NCBI RefSeq assembly: GCF_009914755.1
Contig: NC_060947.1
Direction: 5' to 3' (one strand)
From: the human T2T-CHM13v2.0 reference genome, Homo sapiens
DNA length: 64,000 nt
In this document: positions 1 to 14,799 of the stretch, one piece after another
Numbering within the stretch: position 1 is the first letter of the stretch
Layout: every line of letters begins with the position of its first letter
Notes under the pieces: model-generated
The model's input: only the letters and a program-made list of their open reading frames with translations
What the model was told of the DNA's origin: nothing
Database searches by the model: none
Position numbers and translations under genes: made by a program

Positions 1-288
1 GTATCTCCCCCACCCTTAAGAAGGTTCTTTGTAATCCCCCCCACCCTTGAGAAGGTTCTTTGTAATTCTCCTCACCCTTGAGAATGCACTTTGTGAGATC
101 CATCCCCTACCCACAAAACATTGCTCCTAACTTCGCCGCCTGTCCCAAAACCTGTAAGAACTAGTGATAATCCCACCACGCTTGCTGACTCTTTTCGGAC
201 TCAGCCCACCTGCACCCAGGTGAAATAAACAGCCTTGTTGCTAACACAAAGCCTGTTTGATGGTCTCTTCACACGGGCGCGTGAGACA
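1..288 (+). mobile_element. HERV-H LTR (LTR7 family), 3' part; solo or 3' LTR, cut by the window edge
   Basis: Tandem CCCCCACCCTT(A/G)AGAAGGTTCTTTGTAAT U3 repeats, AATAAACAGCCTTGTTGCT and the terminal GGTCTCTTCACACGG..GTGAGACA match HERV-H LTRs. No tRNA-His PBS follows. Confidence 0.85.
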
Positions 289-332
289 AAAAATATTTGC
301 AGTAAAGGACTATTATGCAAATATTTGCTGAT

Positions 333-722
333 TGCTATATTTTAATTTGTTTGGCCCCATCCAAATCTCATTTTGAAATTTGATCCTCAATGTCGGAGGT
401 AGGGCCTAATGGGAGGTGTTTTGGTCAACGGGGGCAAATGCTTCATGAATCTCTTGGTGCTGTCCTCACAGTAATGCTGGGGGGTGGTTGTTACAAAGAG
501 CCTGGCACTTCCCTTTTTTGTCTCTCTCTTCCTGTCTGCCATATGCTCCCCATACACACCTGCTCCCCTTTGCCTTCTACCATGAGTGGAAGCAGCCTAA
601 GGCTCTCACCAGATGTGGGTACTGGTTGGTCATGCTTCTTGTATAGCCCAGAAAACTAAACTCTTTAAATAGATTACCCAGCCTCCAGTATTTCTTCATA
701 ATAATGTAAATGGACTAAGACA
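333..722 (+). mobile_element. MST-family MaLR solo LTR
   Basis: TGCTAT...GGACTAAGACA termini, typical MST internal motifs, and a 5-bp TSD CTGAT at 328-332 and 723-727. Confidence 0.85.
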
Positions 723-1840
723 CTGATTCAGAGGTATCAGCTTAAATTCAAGGGCTATATGAGACACTGTCTTATGCCCTAAGCCATAATCTGGGTATTT
801 AGCAGATGACCTGTGTTTAGACAGCTTAGCTACTTGTGGATGCTGCCCTTTTCTCCTCATGCTCTGCAGTGAACAAGAATTGTGTTTCTCTTCTCCTTTG
901 AATTGTCTTTTCATGTCCTTTTCCCCTTTTCTCTATTGGGTTGCTTCTCTGTATTTATTGAGTTACAATTATTCTTTATATATTAATCAGTAAGGTTTTA
1001 TCATATATGTTTTAAACCTTTTTCAAGTTTACTATTTAACTGATTTTACATAATGTTTTGAACCAATAGCATTAATAACAGTTAATACTTCTTAGAGTAA
1101 GTAGAATAACTAAAATATATACTTTGATATTTTGCTATGTAGCTTAACTTATCAATCTTTTTGTTTGTGGCTTCTGTTTTTGTTTGTATGTTACAAAGTG
1201 TTTTCTCAGCTTGAGATTATATACATATTAACCTAGTTTTTAAAAATTTAGGTCTTTTATGGCTTGCCTGTTACATATATTTTTAATGAATCTAGACTTT
1301 GGGTGCGTAGTATATTTATCAAATTTGTATTATATAAATAACATATATACATATATGTATATATACACACACACACAAAATGCATTTTTAAAATAGTTGA
1401 CTAATTGGCTCCATAACATGTTAAATACACCATCTTCTTCTTGTGATTTTAAACCATTTTTAGTACATATTTAATTTCTTTTTATTATATACTTAATTAT
1501 TATATAAACTAAGATTTTTGGTGGACCTCCTATTGTCCTTTTCATTTCTATATTGCTTTATGATTTAATAGAATATTTAAATAATGGATACTACATGTTT
1601 CCGTTTGTTAGTATTTGTATTTTATTCTATTTGAATTATACAAACCTTACATTAAATTTTTAAGCCACTTTTTAATGAACTAATTGAGATATTGATTGTA
1701 TAGTATTATATTTAATATTGATTTGGACAAATTTGCTCTGAGAAAATTTCAATGGTTTGGGCATCTACTTAAATATTCACATAATTTTGTTCCTTTGTCT
1801 TTTTAGTAAGTTCGTTTATATTAAAATTTTCTTAATTTTA

Positions 1841-4800
1841 GAACAAGATGGCAGACGAGGAAGTCTCTAGTTCTGGTCCCTTTTACAGAAAAAACAATGA
1901 GCAATTATCTACAGACAAAAATACCTTTGTGAATATCCCAGCACCCAAGGGTGAGGGAAACCACTCCTTCAAAACACAGAAACTAACAAAAACATCATTC
2001 CAAGGGTAAGAGAAGCAGTTTCTCTTTGACCACATTCCTCTTCACCAAAACTGGCACAGCACCACAACAAAAAGGAACCCTTGGGCATGTAGTTTCTCGA
2101 GTGGGGAAAAGACAGACTGAGGTAAACATTAAGCTTCCCCAGCATTCTGGGGTGTTCCCTGGGAGGTCCAATTTGTCTCACCTTATGAAGAACATTGGGG
2201 AAATTTTCAGGGCTAGACCACTCGGGGTTACTAGGAACAAAGAAGAGGGATGGGAATCACAACCCCTGAACGTGAATCTTGTAGTGGCACTGTGTCCCTG
2301 CTGGCAACCTCACCCAACTAGAAAACTCAACTAATGATAATGCCCAGCTGCAGCGCTGACCCTATGGCCAGAAGTTCTGCCCAGCTAGAGTTCCCAGCCA
2401 GCATTTCAGTCTGGCTACAGAGCCAGTCTGGTGACCCTGCTTAATTGCTGAACAGAGTTAATGACTGTACCTGACCACAGAGGACAGATAGTAGCCCTGT
2501 GTGGGCGAAGATATAAGAAAGGGAGTTCTGATTTTCATTTCTCTATTGACCAGCGATGATGAGCTTTTTTCATATGTGTGTTGGCTGCATAAATGTCTTC
2601 CTTTGAGAAGTGCCTGTTCATATCCTTTGCCCACTTTTTGACGGGGTTGTATATATACCCAAAGGATTATAAATGATTCTACTATAAAGACATATGCACA
2701 GGTATGTTTATTGTAGCACTATTTACAATACCAAAGACTTGGAACCAACCCAAATGCCCATCAATGATAGACTGGATAAAGAAAATGTGGCACATATACA
2801 CCGTGGAATACTATGCGGCCATAAAAAGGAATTAGTTCATGTCCTTTGTAGGGACATGGATGAAGCTGGAAACCATCATTCTCAGCAAACTAACACAGGA
2901 ACAGAAAACCAAACACCACATGTTCTCACTCACAAGTGGCAGCGGAACAGTGAGAATACATGGACACAGGGAGGAGAACATCACACACCAGGGCCTGTTG
3001 GAGGGTAGGGGGCAAGGGGAGGGATAGCATTAGGACAAATACCTAATGCATGCTGGGCTTAAAACCTAGATGACGGGTTGATGGGTGCAGCAAACCACCA
3101 TGGCACATGTATCCCTATGTAACAAACCTGTATGTTCTGCACATGTATTCCAGAACTTAAAGTATAACATATACATACAAAAGGGAGTTCTACTTAATTC
3201 CAAAGCAAAGTTTGTGGCCTCACTCACCTAGGGAAACCATCCAGCATCACCACCCTGCTGCAGAGCATATCATGTGGCCCCCTCTAAACATGGAACCCAG
3301 TCAGCAGGCCTACACAACCTCAGAGCATGGGCAGTGGCTTCTGAAGACCAGAGATGCTGGCAGCATACCCCACTTCCCTGTAGACACTACCAGATGCCCA
3401 GTGAAAACCTCCAGGGTGAGTTGACTAATGAAGGCTTTTCCCTGCCTAAGTAATCTTGTAAAGACTGGAAGAGGTGAGTCTTTCTCAAATGCAGGGACGT
3501 CAATGAAAGAATACAAGAATCTTGAAGAATCAGGGAAACATGAGACCACCAAAGAGCTAATATAGATCCAGTATATTAGATCTATGTTATAGCTAATATA
3601 GATCACCAAACATAAAGAAATGAAGATCTACAAAATTACTGACAAAGAATTCAGAATAATCCTCTTAAATACGTTCAGTGAATCACAAGGAAACACAGAC
3701 AGCTAAATGTAATTAGAAAAAAATGAGACTGAAACCATTAAGAAAACCAGAATTTCTCCAGCTAAGGAACCCAATGACTAAACTACATTTCAATGAAAGC
3801 TTCAACAGTAGATTCAATCAAGCAGAGAGAAGACTGAGTGAATCAATAAAATTGACATATTACACTAACAGAATGAATAAATATCGTATGATCATCTCAA
3901 TAGAAGAAAAAGCACTTGAAAATATTTGACATATTTTCGTTATGAAAGCTATCAACAAATTGGATGTAGAAGAAGTGAACCTCAACATGATAAACTCATA
4001 TGTGAAAAGCCTACAGATATTATCATACTCAATAATAAAAAGCTGAAAGTGTTTCCTTTAAGATCAGGAAAAAGACAAGGATATTTCTATTCAAGTACTG
4101 ACAGTTTTAACCAGAGCAAGTGGGCAAGAAAAAGAAATAAAAGACTTTGAAATTGAAAAGGAAGAGGTTAAATTGTTTTACTTTGGAAATGGCATGATCT
4201 AATATACAGAAAACCCTAAAGACTGCATGAAGAAAATCTGTTAGAACTAATAAACAAATTCAGTAAAGTTGCAGTTTACAAAATCAGCATACAAAAATCA
4301 ATTTTATTTATTCACCCTGACAATTAACTATCTAAAAACCAATAAAACAATCCCAGTTACAAAGCATCAAAACAATAAAATACTTAGGAATAAATTTAAG
4401 AAAATGAAAGATATGAACATTGAAAATTATGAAACGTTGATAAGAGAAATTAAGAATGACATAAATAAATGGAAAAGTATCTTATGTTCATGGATTGGAA
4501 GAATTATATTGTTAAAATGTCCATACTAGTCACAGCAAACTACGGATTCAATGCAATTCTTATCAAAATTACAATGACATTGTTCATAGGAAGAGTAAAA
4601 AAATCAAAAATTTCTATGGCATCACAAAAGACCCCAAATTGCCAAAGCTATCTTGAGAAAGAACAAAGCTGATTTCACACTTCCTGATTGCAAAGTCTGT
4701 TACAAAAGTGTGTTGATCACAATCGAAAAAAGAATAGAGAGGCCAGAAATAAACCCAATTATATAAGGTCAACTAACACTTGACAGTGGCATGAAGAATA

Positions 4801-6180
4801 GACAATAGGGAAGAGATATCCTTTTCAATACACAGTGTTGGGAAAACTGGGAAAGAATGAAATTGAACCCCCTTCTCATACTACTCATTAAATTAACTTA
4901 ACAGGAATTCAAGTCTTAAATTAAGACCGAAAACTACAAAACTCCTAAGAGAAAACATAGGGGGAAAATCTCCATGACTTCAATCTTGGTGATGATTTTT
5001 TTGGATAAGACACTGAAAATACAGGCGAAGAAAACAAAAATAAACAAGTGAGGCTACATCAAACTAAAAAAAATCTGCACGCAAAGGTAACAATCAACAA
5101 AAGAAAAAGACAACCTATGAAATGTGGTAACATTTGCAAACCATATATCTGATAAGGGGTTAATATCCAAAATATATAAAAAACTCATACAACTTGATAG
5201 CCAAGGAGCAGATTACTCCATTAAAAATGGGCAAAAGACCTGAATAGACATTTTCCCAAAGAAGACAGACACATGGCCAATAGGTTCATGAATGAAAAGT
5301 TTCTCAACGTCACTAGCAGAGAAATGAAAATTAAAACCACAAGGAGACATCACCTCACGTTTGTTAGAATTACTATTATCAAAAAGAAAAATAGATGAGT
5401 GTTGGTAAGAATGTGGAGAAAGGGGAACCCTCGTTCACTGTTGTTAGAAATGTAAATTGGTACAGCCATTACGAAAACCAGTAGGGAGGTTTCTCTAAAA
5501 ATGCAAATTAGAACTGCTGTAGGATCCAGCAATACCACTTCTGCATATATATCCTAAGGAAATGAGGTCAACATCTGAAAGAGGTATGTGCACTTTAATG
5601 TTCATTGCAGCATTATTCACAATAGCTCAGATTTGCAAACAACTTAAGTGCCCATCAATAGATGAAAGAAATGTGAGACTCATACAAAATAGCATATTAT
5701 TTATTCATAGAAAGGAAGGCAGTCTTGCCATTTGCAACAACATAGATGAACCTGGAGGGCATTATAATGAATGAATGAAGCCAGACACAGAAATGTAAAT
5801 TCTGTATTGTCTCACTTATATGTGGAATCTAAAAAAGTCAAACTCATAACAAAGAGGAGAATGGTGATTGCCAGGGTCAGGGAGTTTAGGGACACGAGGA
5901 GATATTGGTCAAAGGGTAGGTACAGATGAATAAATTCTGGAAATCTAATGTACAGCATTGTGACTATACTTAATAATACTCTATTATATGCTTGACATAC
6001 GTTAATGAATATATCATAAGTGTTCTTAACACACACACACACACGCAGATTAACTTAGGTGATGGACGTTTTAACTTGACTGTGTTGATCATTTCACAAT
6101 ATATACATATATAATCAATTATTTCACCTTAAATATATAAATTTTATTTGTCAATTATACCTCAGTAAAGCTGATAAAAA
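1841..6180 (+). mobile_element. Old L1MA/L1MB-type LINE-1 with 5' UTR, ORF1 remnant, large internal deletion near 3840, ORF2 remnant and 3' UTR; interrupted by a younger L1PA
   Basis: Starts with CAAGATGGC; frameshifted ORF2-like peptides (4269-4672, 5562-5774); L1MA-like 3' end TTTGTCAATTATACCTCAGTAAAGCTG. Confidence 0.75.
2530..3179 (+). mobile_element. 5'-truncated, 5'-inverted L1PA (about L1PA7-8) nested in the older L1
   Basis: Antisense L1 at about 2530-2649, then sense ORF2 C-terminus and 3' UTR. TSD AAAGGGAGTTCT at 2518-2529 and 3180-3191. Confidence 0.85.
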
Positions 6181-7209
6181 CATTTTCTTAATTTTAAGTG
6201 TTCTATCATTCCCAGATAAAACAAAATACTGCATTTAATCATGTGTCTAAATATAGGTAACTTTAGTCCTAAGTGAGATTGACCTATATACTTCTTCTCA
6301 TTTGTCTTTATCAGATTTTGCTGCCAAGGTTATGAAACCATAAATTTGAAAATTTCAATTTTTACCTTTACTCTGGTGTTTATATAACATATTTCTTCAA
6401 TTTCAACAATGATAAAACTATGTGCAGCTGTTTTCCTGACCATATTATTTAGCTTTTTCTTAAGTTTTGGTGGTTTTCTACTTCAACCAGTTTTGTTTAA
6501 TTTTATTTCCTAGTTTATCGTCAGTTTGTCAAAATTTAACATTGAAATTATTTCTTATAGTTTATAAATACATCTGTATCTGGTTCATAACCTATTAATA
6601 TATCTAATGCTGTCTATACTTATTTTTTTCATTTTGTCTTGATTACACTACCTAGATGTTTTAAAATTGACCTTTTTCTTTTTTTCTAAATAAGTTATTT
6701 AGCTTATTTATCAACTTCATCAGTTTCCTGTTTTCGATGTTATCAGTTATGATCTTATGGTTCTAGTCTATTCGTTTTTCATTGAATTTGTTGTTCTTTT
6801 TCCAATCTTTTGAGATTAATGTTTTGAGTGTTTTCTTGTAGTAAAAGCATTTAGCCCTAAAGGATTAGCACTCTTATACTTTGGCTTCATATTATGTATT
6901 TATTAAGTACTATACTTTTGTTATTTTGTGAATGATCTCATGTAAGTTTTGATTTCCTATATTATCCAGTAGTTTTTCAAATAGAAGATTTCCATTTTGT
7001 TTCTTTTGTTTTTAAATTTTAGCTATTAATTTTCACTTTTTATTATACTCACATGGTATGCCTTACACAGTATTCCTTTTTGGGAATTTACTTATAAATA
7101 GACTACATGTTAATCCAAAAATGGATAAGTGCTATCAGAACTTTCTCTCCCTCCTAGAACCTAAACCAAAACCAAAGGAGTATGTTGCAGTAAAGAACCA
7201 ACGATGTTG

Positions 7210-7520
7210 GGCTGGGCGCAGTGGCTCATGCCTGTAATCCCAGCACTTTGGGAGGCTGAGGCGGGCAGATCAGCTGAGGTTGGGAGTTTGAGACCAGCCT
7301 GACCAAGATGCAGGAACCCCGTCTGTACTAAAAATACAAAATTAGCCAGGCATGGTGGCACATGCCTGTAATCCCAGCTACTCAGGAGGCTGAGGCAGGA
7401 GAATCACTTAAAACCGGGGAGGCGGAGGTTGCGGTGAGCCGAGATCCCGCCTTTCCACACCAGCCTGGGCAATAAGAGAGAAACTCCCTCTCAAAAAAAA
7501 AAAAAAAAAAAAAAAGAAAG
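7210..7520 (+). mobile_element. AluS (AluSp-like)
   Basis: Dimeric Alu with GAGGTTGGGAG, CCTGACCAA and GGCAATAAGAG diagnostics, a poly(A) tail, and a degenerate TSD AAAGAAC..ATGTT. Confidence 0.9.
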
Positions 7521-8639
7521 AAAGAACAATGTTTTCCACTTGCTATAAATGTTGAGAAATTTCTTCTAAATTTAATATTCTTGGCACTTGTTTCCTACAT
7601 GGCAGAAATACTGCCATCTCATTTTGAATATTAATCAATAATTTCTGTAATAAAATTTATTTCTCTTAGTCTATACATATTTGCAAATAAGCAGTCTACA
7701 GCATTATTATTCAAGTATTGTTATGTATTTCCTGAAATTATCAAGTGATGAAATTTTTAATAGCAATAAATACATAAAAAGCTATCTTCTGGTCTTATCT
7801 GATAAAGGGTTTTCATCCCTCTGAATAACTTTTATTAGTATCTGTGATGAAGATTATGTTAGTCTTTCTCATTTTTCCCTTAGGAGAAGTAACACTGATA
7901 TATTTATAAGGGAATTTAAAAGCTGTAACCAGCATCTATATTTGCCATGTTTTCTGAGAGATCTAACAATTTGTCAAATTGAATTAAAATATGTGTACAT
8001 TATTAATATTCATGGCACTTCTGAGCTACGAAGTGTGTTAATTTTCAGAATAAGTCTTGTTTAAAAGAAAAATGTCTGCTAACCTGAGGACAATTTTGTT
8101 TTTATTTGAGGTGCAGTAAAAGGAAAAAACAAGGAACTAATACAGAGAATAAGATTTATTGGGAAGCTTTCAATTCAAGAAAAACAAGCATTTGATAGGA
8201 AATGAGATAATATTTCAACTATAATTTTTTTAAATATCTGCCTCCAATAAGTGTTCTAGGCAATAGCTTCAAAACATTCTAAGTATTTGCTGTTTTATTA
8301 CCAAAAAGTATTCCTGGTGAAGACATAGACTCTTCCCGCAGCCCTATCAAGGATCGTGCTTTAGGAGAACAAATATAACACTGGTTTGAGAGCTTTGTGT
8401 CAGATTGTCATTAAGCCCAACACAGTTTTCATCTTCATTCACCTCATATCTGTTCTGCATTAGTCATATTTCTTTTTTTCCTCTATACTCCCAAATCTGT
8501 CAACTGTTATCGTCTCATTTTTCTTCTTTTCACCTTATATGCTTCGTAATTTTTCACCTTTTAAAAATTTTAGTTCGCTATATTCACATTGCTATTTGGT
8601 TTCCATTAGTCTTAAGCTTTGAACATTTGCAAGTTAAAA

Positions 8640-8800
8640 CAGTCTAATTCTTACTCTCACTAGCTATTGATGTTAGAAAAGTGGCTTAGCTCCTCTGAGC
8701 ATCAGTTTCCTCATCTGTAATCAAACAGAGTTATTCATGCCTACTTCACGAGTTTGCTGTGAATATTAGAGATATGATGTGTGGTGTGCCATTCTAGTTC
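8640..8800 (+). mobile_element. MIR SINE fragment
   Basis: CTCTGAGCATCAGTTTCCTCATCTGTAA core motif. Confidence 0.7.
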
Positions 8801-9369
8801 AATTCCTCATATATAATAATTATCCACATAATATTTTTTTTGCTACTTTAACACCTTGGAATAGCCAGATTCTGGTTTCATATTTGGAATTGTGAACAGG
8901 TTTTCCAGAAGGAAAATAAAGTAATATATTTGAACTGTTTGTCACGTAGATCTAACTCAAATATAACACAAGATAAACCTTCCAATAATTCATTCCAAAA
9001 TTCACCTTTCACCTACCTCACAAGGTCATTTATACTAAAGAGGAAAACATAATAAAGAAGGTAGGTTGTGAAATAACTTGACCACTCATTAGGCCTCTGT
9101 GCAAGCCCAAGATTATGTTAAATTAAATAAACAACTATTAAATCCCTACTGTGTGCCAGGCACGAGAGAAGATGATGAAATTTGAACAAGTTTAGCTATA
9201 GTAGGTAAGGGTGGTTAAACATAGTTATTCACAATCTGCATTGCTTTATCCCCACACGAATTCACTTATTCTTTGTGGCATCCTGGGAAAATCCAACAGA
9301 AATTCTCCTGTTCATATATGGAACAACTGCAATGTCTAGACCTTCATTAAGTTTTTAACAATAGCCCTT

Positions 9370-9565
9370 TATTTCATGTAGCACTGAACAACTTATAAAG
9401 CATTTCACATTCAATACTTCATTCACCCCAGTGACAGTTTTAGGAGGTGGGTATTATGGTCCCCCTTTACAGATAGTCAGTGTATACATTTTCAAGTCAA
9501 CACAGCTAAGGGATAGTGTGGATTTGAATTGAGATCTGTTTGACGCCAAAGCCTGGGCTCTGTTT
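9370..9565 (-). mobile_element. MIR SINE fragment
   Basis: GGTATTATGGTCCCCCTTTACAGAT...GGATTTGAATTGAGATCTGTTTGACGCCAAAGCC is antisense MIR. Confidence 0.65.
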
Positions 9566-10189
9566 TAATGTGGCCTATCCTCTTTCTACTCCACTACTTT
9601 GTTTAGATGTTGACGCAGATCTCCTTTAAATCTGTTAAAAGGACTTGATTGGGCAAAAATGTCACTAGGATTTTGTTTTTCTCTATCACCATGCCATTCA
9701 TCATTTTTTTATCAACATTTTTTTCACGATCATAAATGGCTAGGCAATGTGGCAGGTGCTTGGCAGAGAGATAAAAGGATGCAGGCTGTGTTCTTCAGGT
9801 ACTCAGCCTGATGGAGAGATAGATGTGTCATGTGGTCCCACTACCCTGTAGGAAACCCTGGGACTGAGGAAAGTGCCCAGACCCATAGGAGCCCAGTAAA
9901 GGGAGGGAGAATCCACTTAGCAGGAAGGGTCATCCTCATGCCCTGCCTGTATTAAAAAAAGGAAGACTGATGAAAAAGCAAATGATCCAACAAACAAAAA
10001 CAAAAGAGAGAAGAAAAGAAAAGGAGGAGCTTTAATTGCTCCAAATCTATAGAATGCAGCGAAAGCCCTTCATGCTGACAGAGCACTCCTAGATCTTCAT
10101 CAGCTTTAAGTTAAGAAAATTGGAAGTTTCTTTCCTCCTTCATGCTTCTACTCTGAAGAGGTGTCTCTGAAGTACTTTCTTTGGCTTAA

Positions 10190-10303
10190 CTTCTTTCTTT
10201 TTCTTTTTCTCTTTCTTTCTTTCTTTCTCTTTCTTTTTTCTTTTCTTTTCTTTTCTTTTCTTTTCTTTTCTTTTCTTTTCTTTTCTTTTCTTTTCTTTCT
10301 TTC
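10190..10303. repeat. (TTTC)n/(TTTTC)n microsatellite, probably derived from an Alu tail
   Basis: Direct reading. Confidence 0.9.
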
Positions 10304-10456
10304 TGAATGTTCTTAAGTCCATAGAGCATGGTTAGATTATGTAATAAATTTTGTTTGGAGAAATTATTACTTCGAAAAATGTCAAATTTGATTTTCATCT
10401 CAAACATCATGCTGTATACCAAAGGAGGGTGGGGAGACTTAGATGTATTAAAGGGT
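10304..10456 (-). repeat. 153-bp inverted copy of 11792-11944
   Basis: Reverse complement matches 11792-11944 with 5 substitutions; ORF-track peptides 10186..10422(-) and 11826..12095(+) are near-identical. Confidence 0.95.
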
Positions 10457-10590
10457 CTTTAAATACATCTTTAAAGATGTATTAAAGGGTCTTTAAATAC
10501 ATCTTTAAAGATGTTATTAAAGGGTCTTTAAATACATCTTTAAAGATGTTATTAAAGGGTCTTTAAATACATCTTTAAAGATGTATTAAA
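10441..10590. repeat. 34/35-bp palindromic tandem repeat, about 4.3 copies
   Basis: Unit AGATGT(T)ATTAAAGGGTCTTTAAATACATCTTTAA starts at 10441, 10475, 10509 and 10544, with a partial copy at 10579. Confidence 0.95.
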
Positions 10591-10599
10591 GAAAGATAC

Positions 10600-11459
<860 letters not shown>

Positions 11460-12639
11460 TGAGCTCTAATTCTCTATTTCTACATATGTGGAGGATATAT
11501 GTTTAATTGTACAATATATGTGCTTTTCCAATTTCAAAGGAAATACATATTTACAATAGGAAATTGGAAGAAATTTTTTAAAATGTAAAGAAATTAAATG
11601 TGCTAAGTATAGGACATTTCCTTTCATTCTTATTATTATGCATATCTAGGTATATACTTTTTACTGTTAACACTGTCAACTTTTATTGCTGTCTTTTTAT
11701 TACTTCTGTTTTCTTTATGAGTGAACCATCCCTTTCTAACCTAAAAATAAGTGTTAATCCCCTATTTTTCATAAGTTTTTAAAATTGTACAACCCTTTAA
11801 TACATCTAAGTCTCCCCACCTTCCTTTGGTATACAACATGATGTTTGAGATGAAAATCAAATTTGACATTTTTCGAAGTAGTAATTACTCTAAACAAAAT
11901 TTATTACATAATCTAACCATGCTCTATGGACTTAAGAACATTCATTTTGCAAAGACTACATTCAGGATGTTAGAAATGCTGCGGCTTTCTCTTGTACTCA
12001 TGGTGGATATGCCTAAACATTCACCGCACTCTTCCCTATCAAGCCTGTATCTGGCCTCAGAAGCCTTCTCAACTCCAGGTCCAGATGGCTACTAGTATCT
12101 AATCAAACTAATATATATGATGAAACCTATTTGCAGAATCTTGATTAGGATTAGACAGAGTTTGGTGGTTTCCTATGTGAATATTGTAATGTATTCAATA
12201 TTTTAATCCATTGATCTGTCTCTTGGTTCTTATTTCAGTTTTGTAAGTCAGCCATGGTAGTTTTATAAAGATTTTTAGAAAAATTTTGGACTAGTCTTAT
12301 CACTTCTAAAAATAACACTTATGTTTTCTTATGATTAAAAATTAATATATACATCTAATCGAAAGTCTAGGAGATACAAAGACAGAAGCAGAATAAAAAT
12401 CACCCATAATCACCACCTACATAAGAACACCACAGAAATTTGATATATACCCTTGCAATATATTTTATTGTGCTCACATTAACATAAATACAGACATATT
12501 TTCTCATGCAAAAGATAGCATATTGAATATATTGGTATGCCTTTTAACTCATATAACACTGTGTTAAAATTACCTCTCATGTTATATATTTCTACAAAAT
12601 TATGTGTCATTAATGAGTAAATATTATTCACAGTCTGTT

Positions 12640-13548
<909 letters not shown>

Positions 13549-14097
13549 TAACTCATACATATATTTGTACATTTATTACTCAGATTATAACATCTTTATA
13601 TAATTATTTATTTCTAATTTTCTCTTGATGTATCATATTTTGACTGTTACATATGATCTTCACTGCACTGGACTGTGCTATGTTTTTACAGTATTTTCTT
13701 TCTTTTCATTCTTCCTTCTTTCCTTCCTATTTTTCTTTTTAAATTCAATTTATAGAACTTCTCGCTTTTATATACTTTGATGTCATTATCGCACACAAAG
13801 CCCCACACTTGCTTTTTTATTATAGATAATATATTTTATTGATATACATTATTATTTTATTTCATATAGTGCTTTCCCTGAATTTTGTTTATTGTTTTAT
13901 TGTCACTATGTCTCTCATAAGTAGCTAATTTTAGGATAAAACAACTGAAAGCCTGAGGATATTTTTTTTCAATAAGATAGTTAATAAATGTTCATTTGTC
14001 ATTGCTAATGTTATGTTTGATTTTGCTTCTCCCACCTTCTTATAAGCTGACTTTTATTGCTTCTTATTTTTAAATTTCCATTTAGATGTTATCCTTC

Positions 14098-14310
14098 AGT
14101 TTTATTGAGGTAAAATTGACAAATAAAAATTTATATATTTAAGGTATACAATGTGATGATTTATGTACACATTGTGAAATAATTACCACAATCAAGTTAA
14201 TTAACGTATCTATCATTTCACATAGTTACATTTCTTTATGTGGCAAAAACATTCAATATCTTCTCTCTTAGTAAATTTCAACTATAATATACAATGTTAT
14301 TACCTAGACT
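14098..14310 (-). mobile_element. L1MA 3' end fragment
   Basis: TTTATTGAGGTAAAATTGACAAATAAAAATT...CACATTGTGAAATAATTACCACAATCAAG. Confidence 0.7.
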
Positions 14311-14799
14311 TTTTATAAGAATTTTTGTTCATTATTATTTTCTGCAGTGATTTAAAAGACAGGCAATCTGAATTTAATTCCAGAAGTGGTGATCTCAAAA
14401 CTTTTCAAAACATTCTTAATTTTATATTGAACTTGCCACCAAAGTGAAAATAATAATGTTTTTATTGTTTGTTGTAGAAAGCAGTTAACAAATATCATCC
14501 ACCTCTTTCTTCATTTCTGCAGTCTTTTATTTATCCTGTGATGACCTTTTTTTTTATAAAAACATCTTATTCAAAGTAAACATATCATCAAATATATAAC
14601 CATATTTAGAAAAATTATTTCTACCCCCCAGTTCCATATATTTTATTGGATTTCATACTTAATCAGTTTCTTCTAGAAGTGATACCCTCATTCTTTAGTT
14701 CTTCAGTGATTCTTTTTCTTAAATTTCTTCAGGTAAGGCATTTAAGTAATTTCTTTGGAAAGTGTAATTTCTGAAAATTTGAATGTCTGATGATGACAG

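Noticed and set aside
1-85. Tandem 30-bp repeats at the window start
   Set aside because: A normal U3 feature of HERV-H LTRs.
10441-10590. CRISPR-like palindromic 34-bp repeats
   Set aside because: There are no spacers or cas genes and the DNA is human; it is a head-to-tail tandem repeat.
11826-12095. Paired peptide MVY(N/S)MMFEMKIKFDIF... seen twice
   Set aside because: Explained by the 153-bp inverted duplication; non-ATG start and no recognisable domain.
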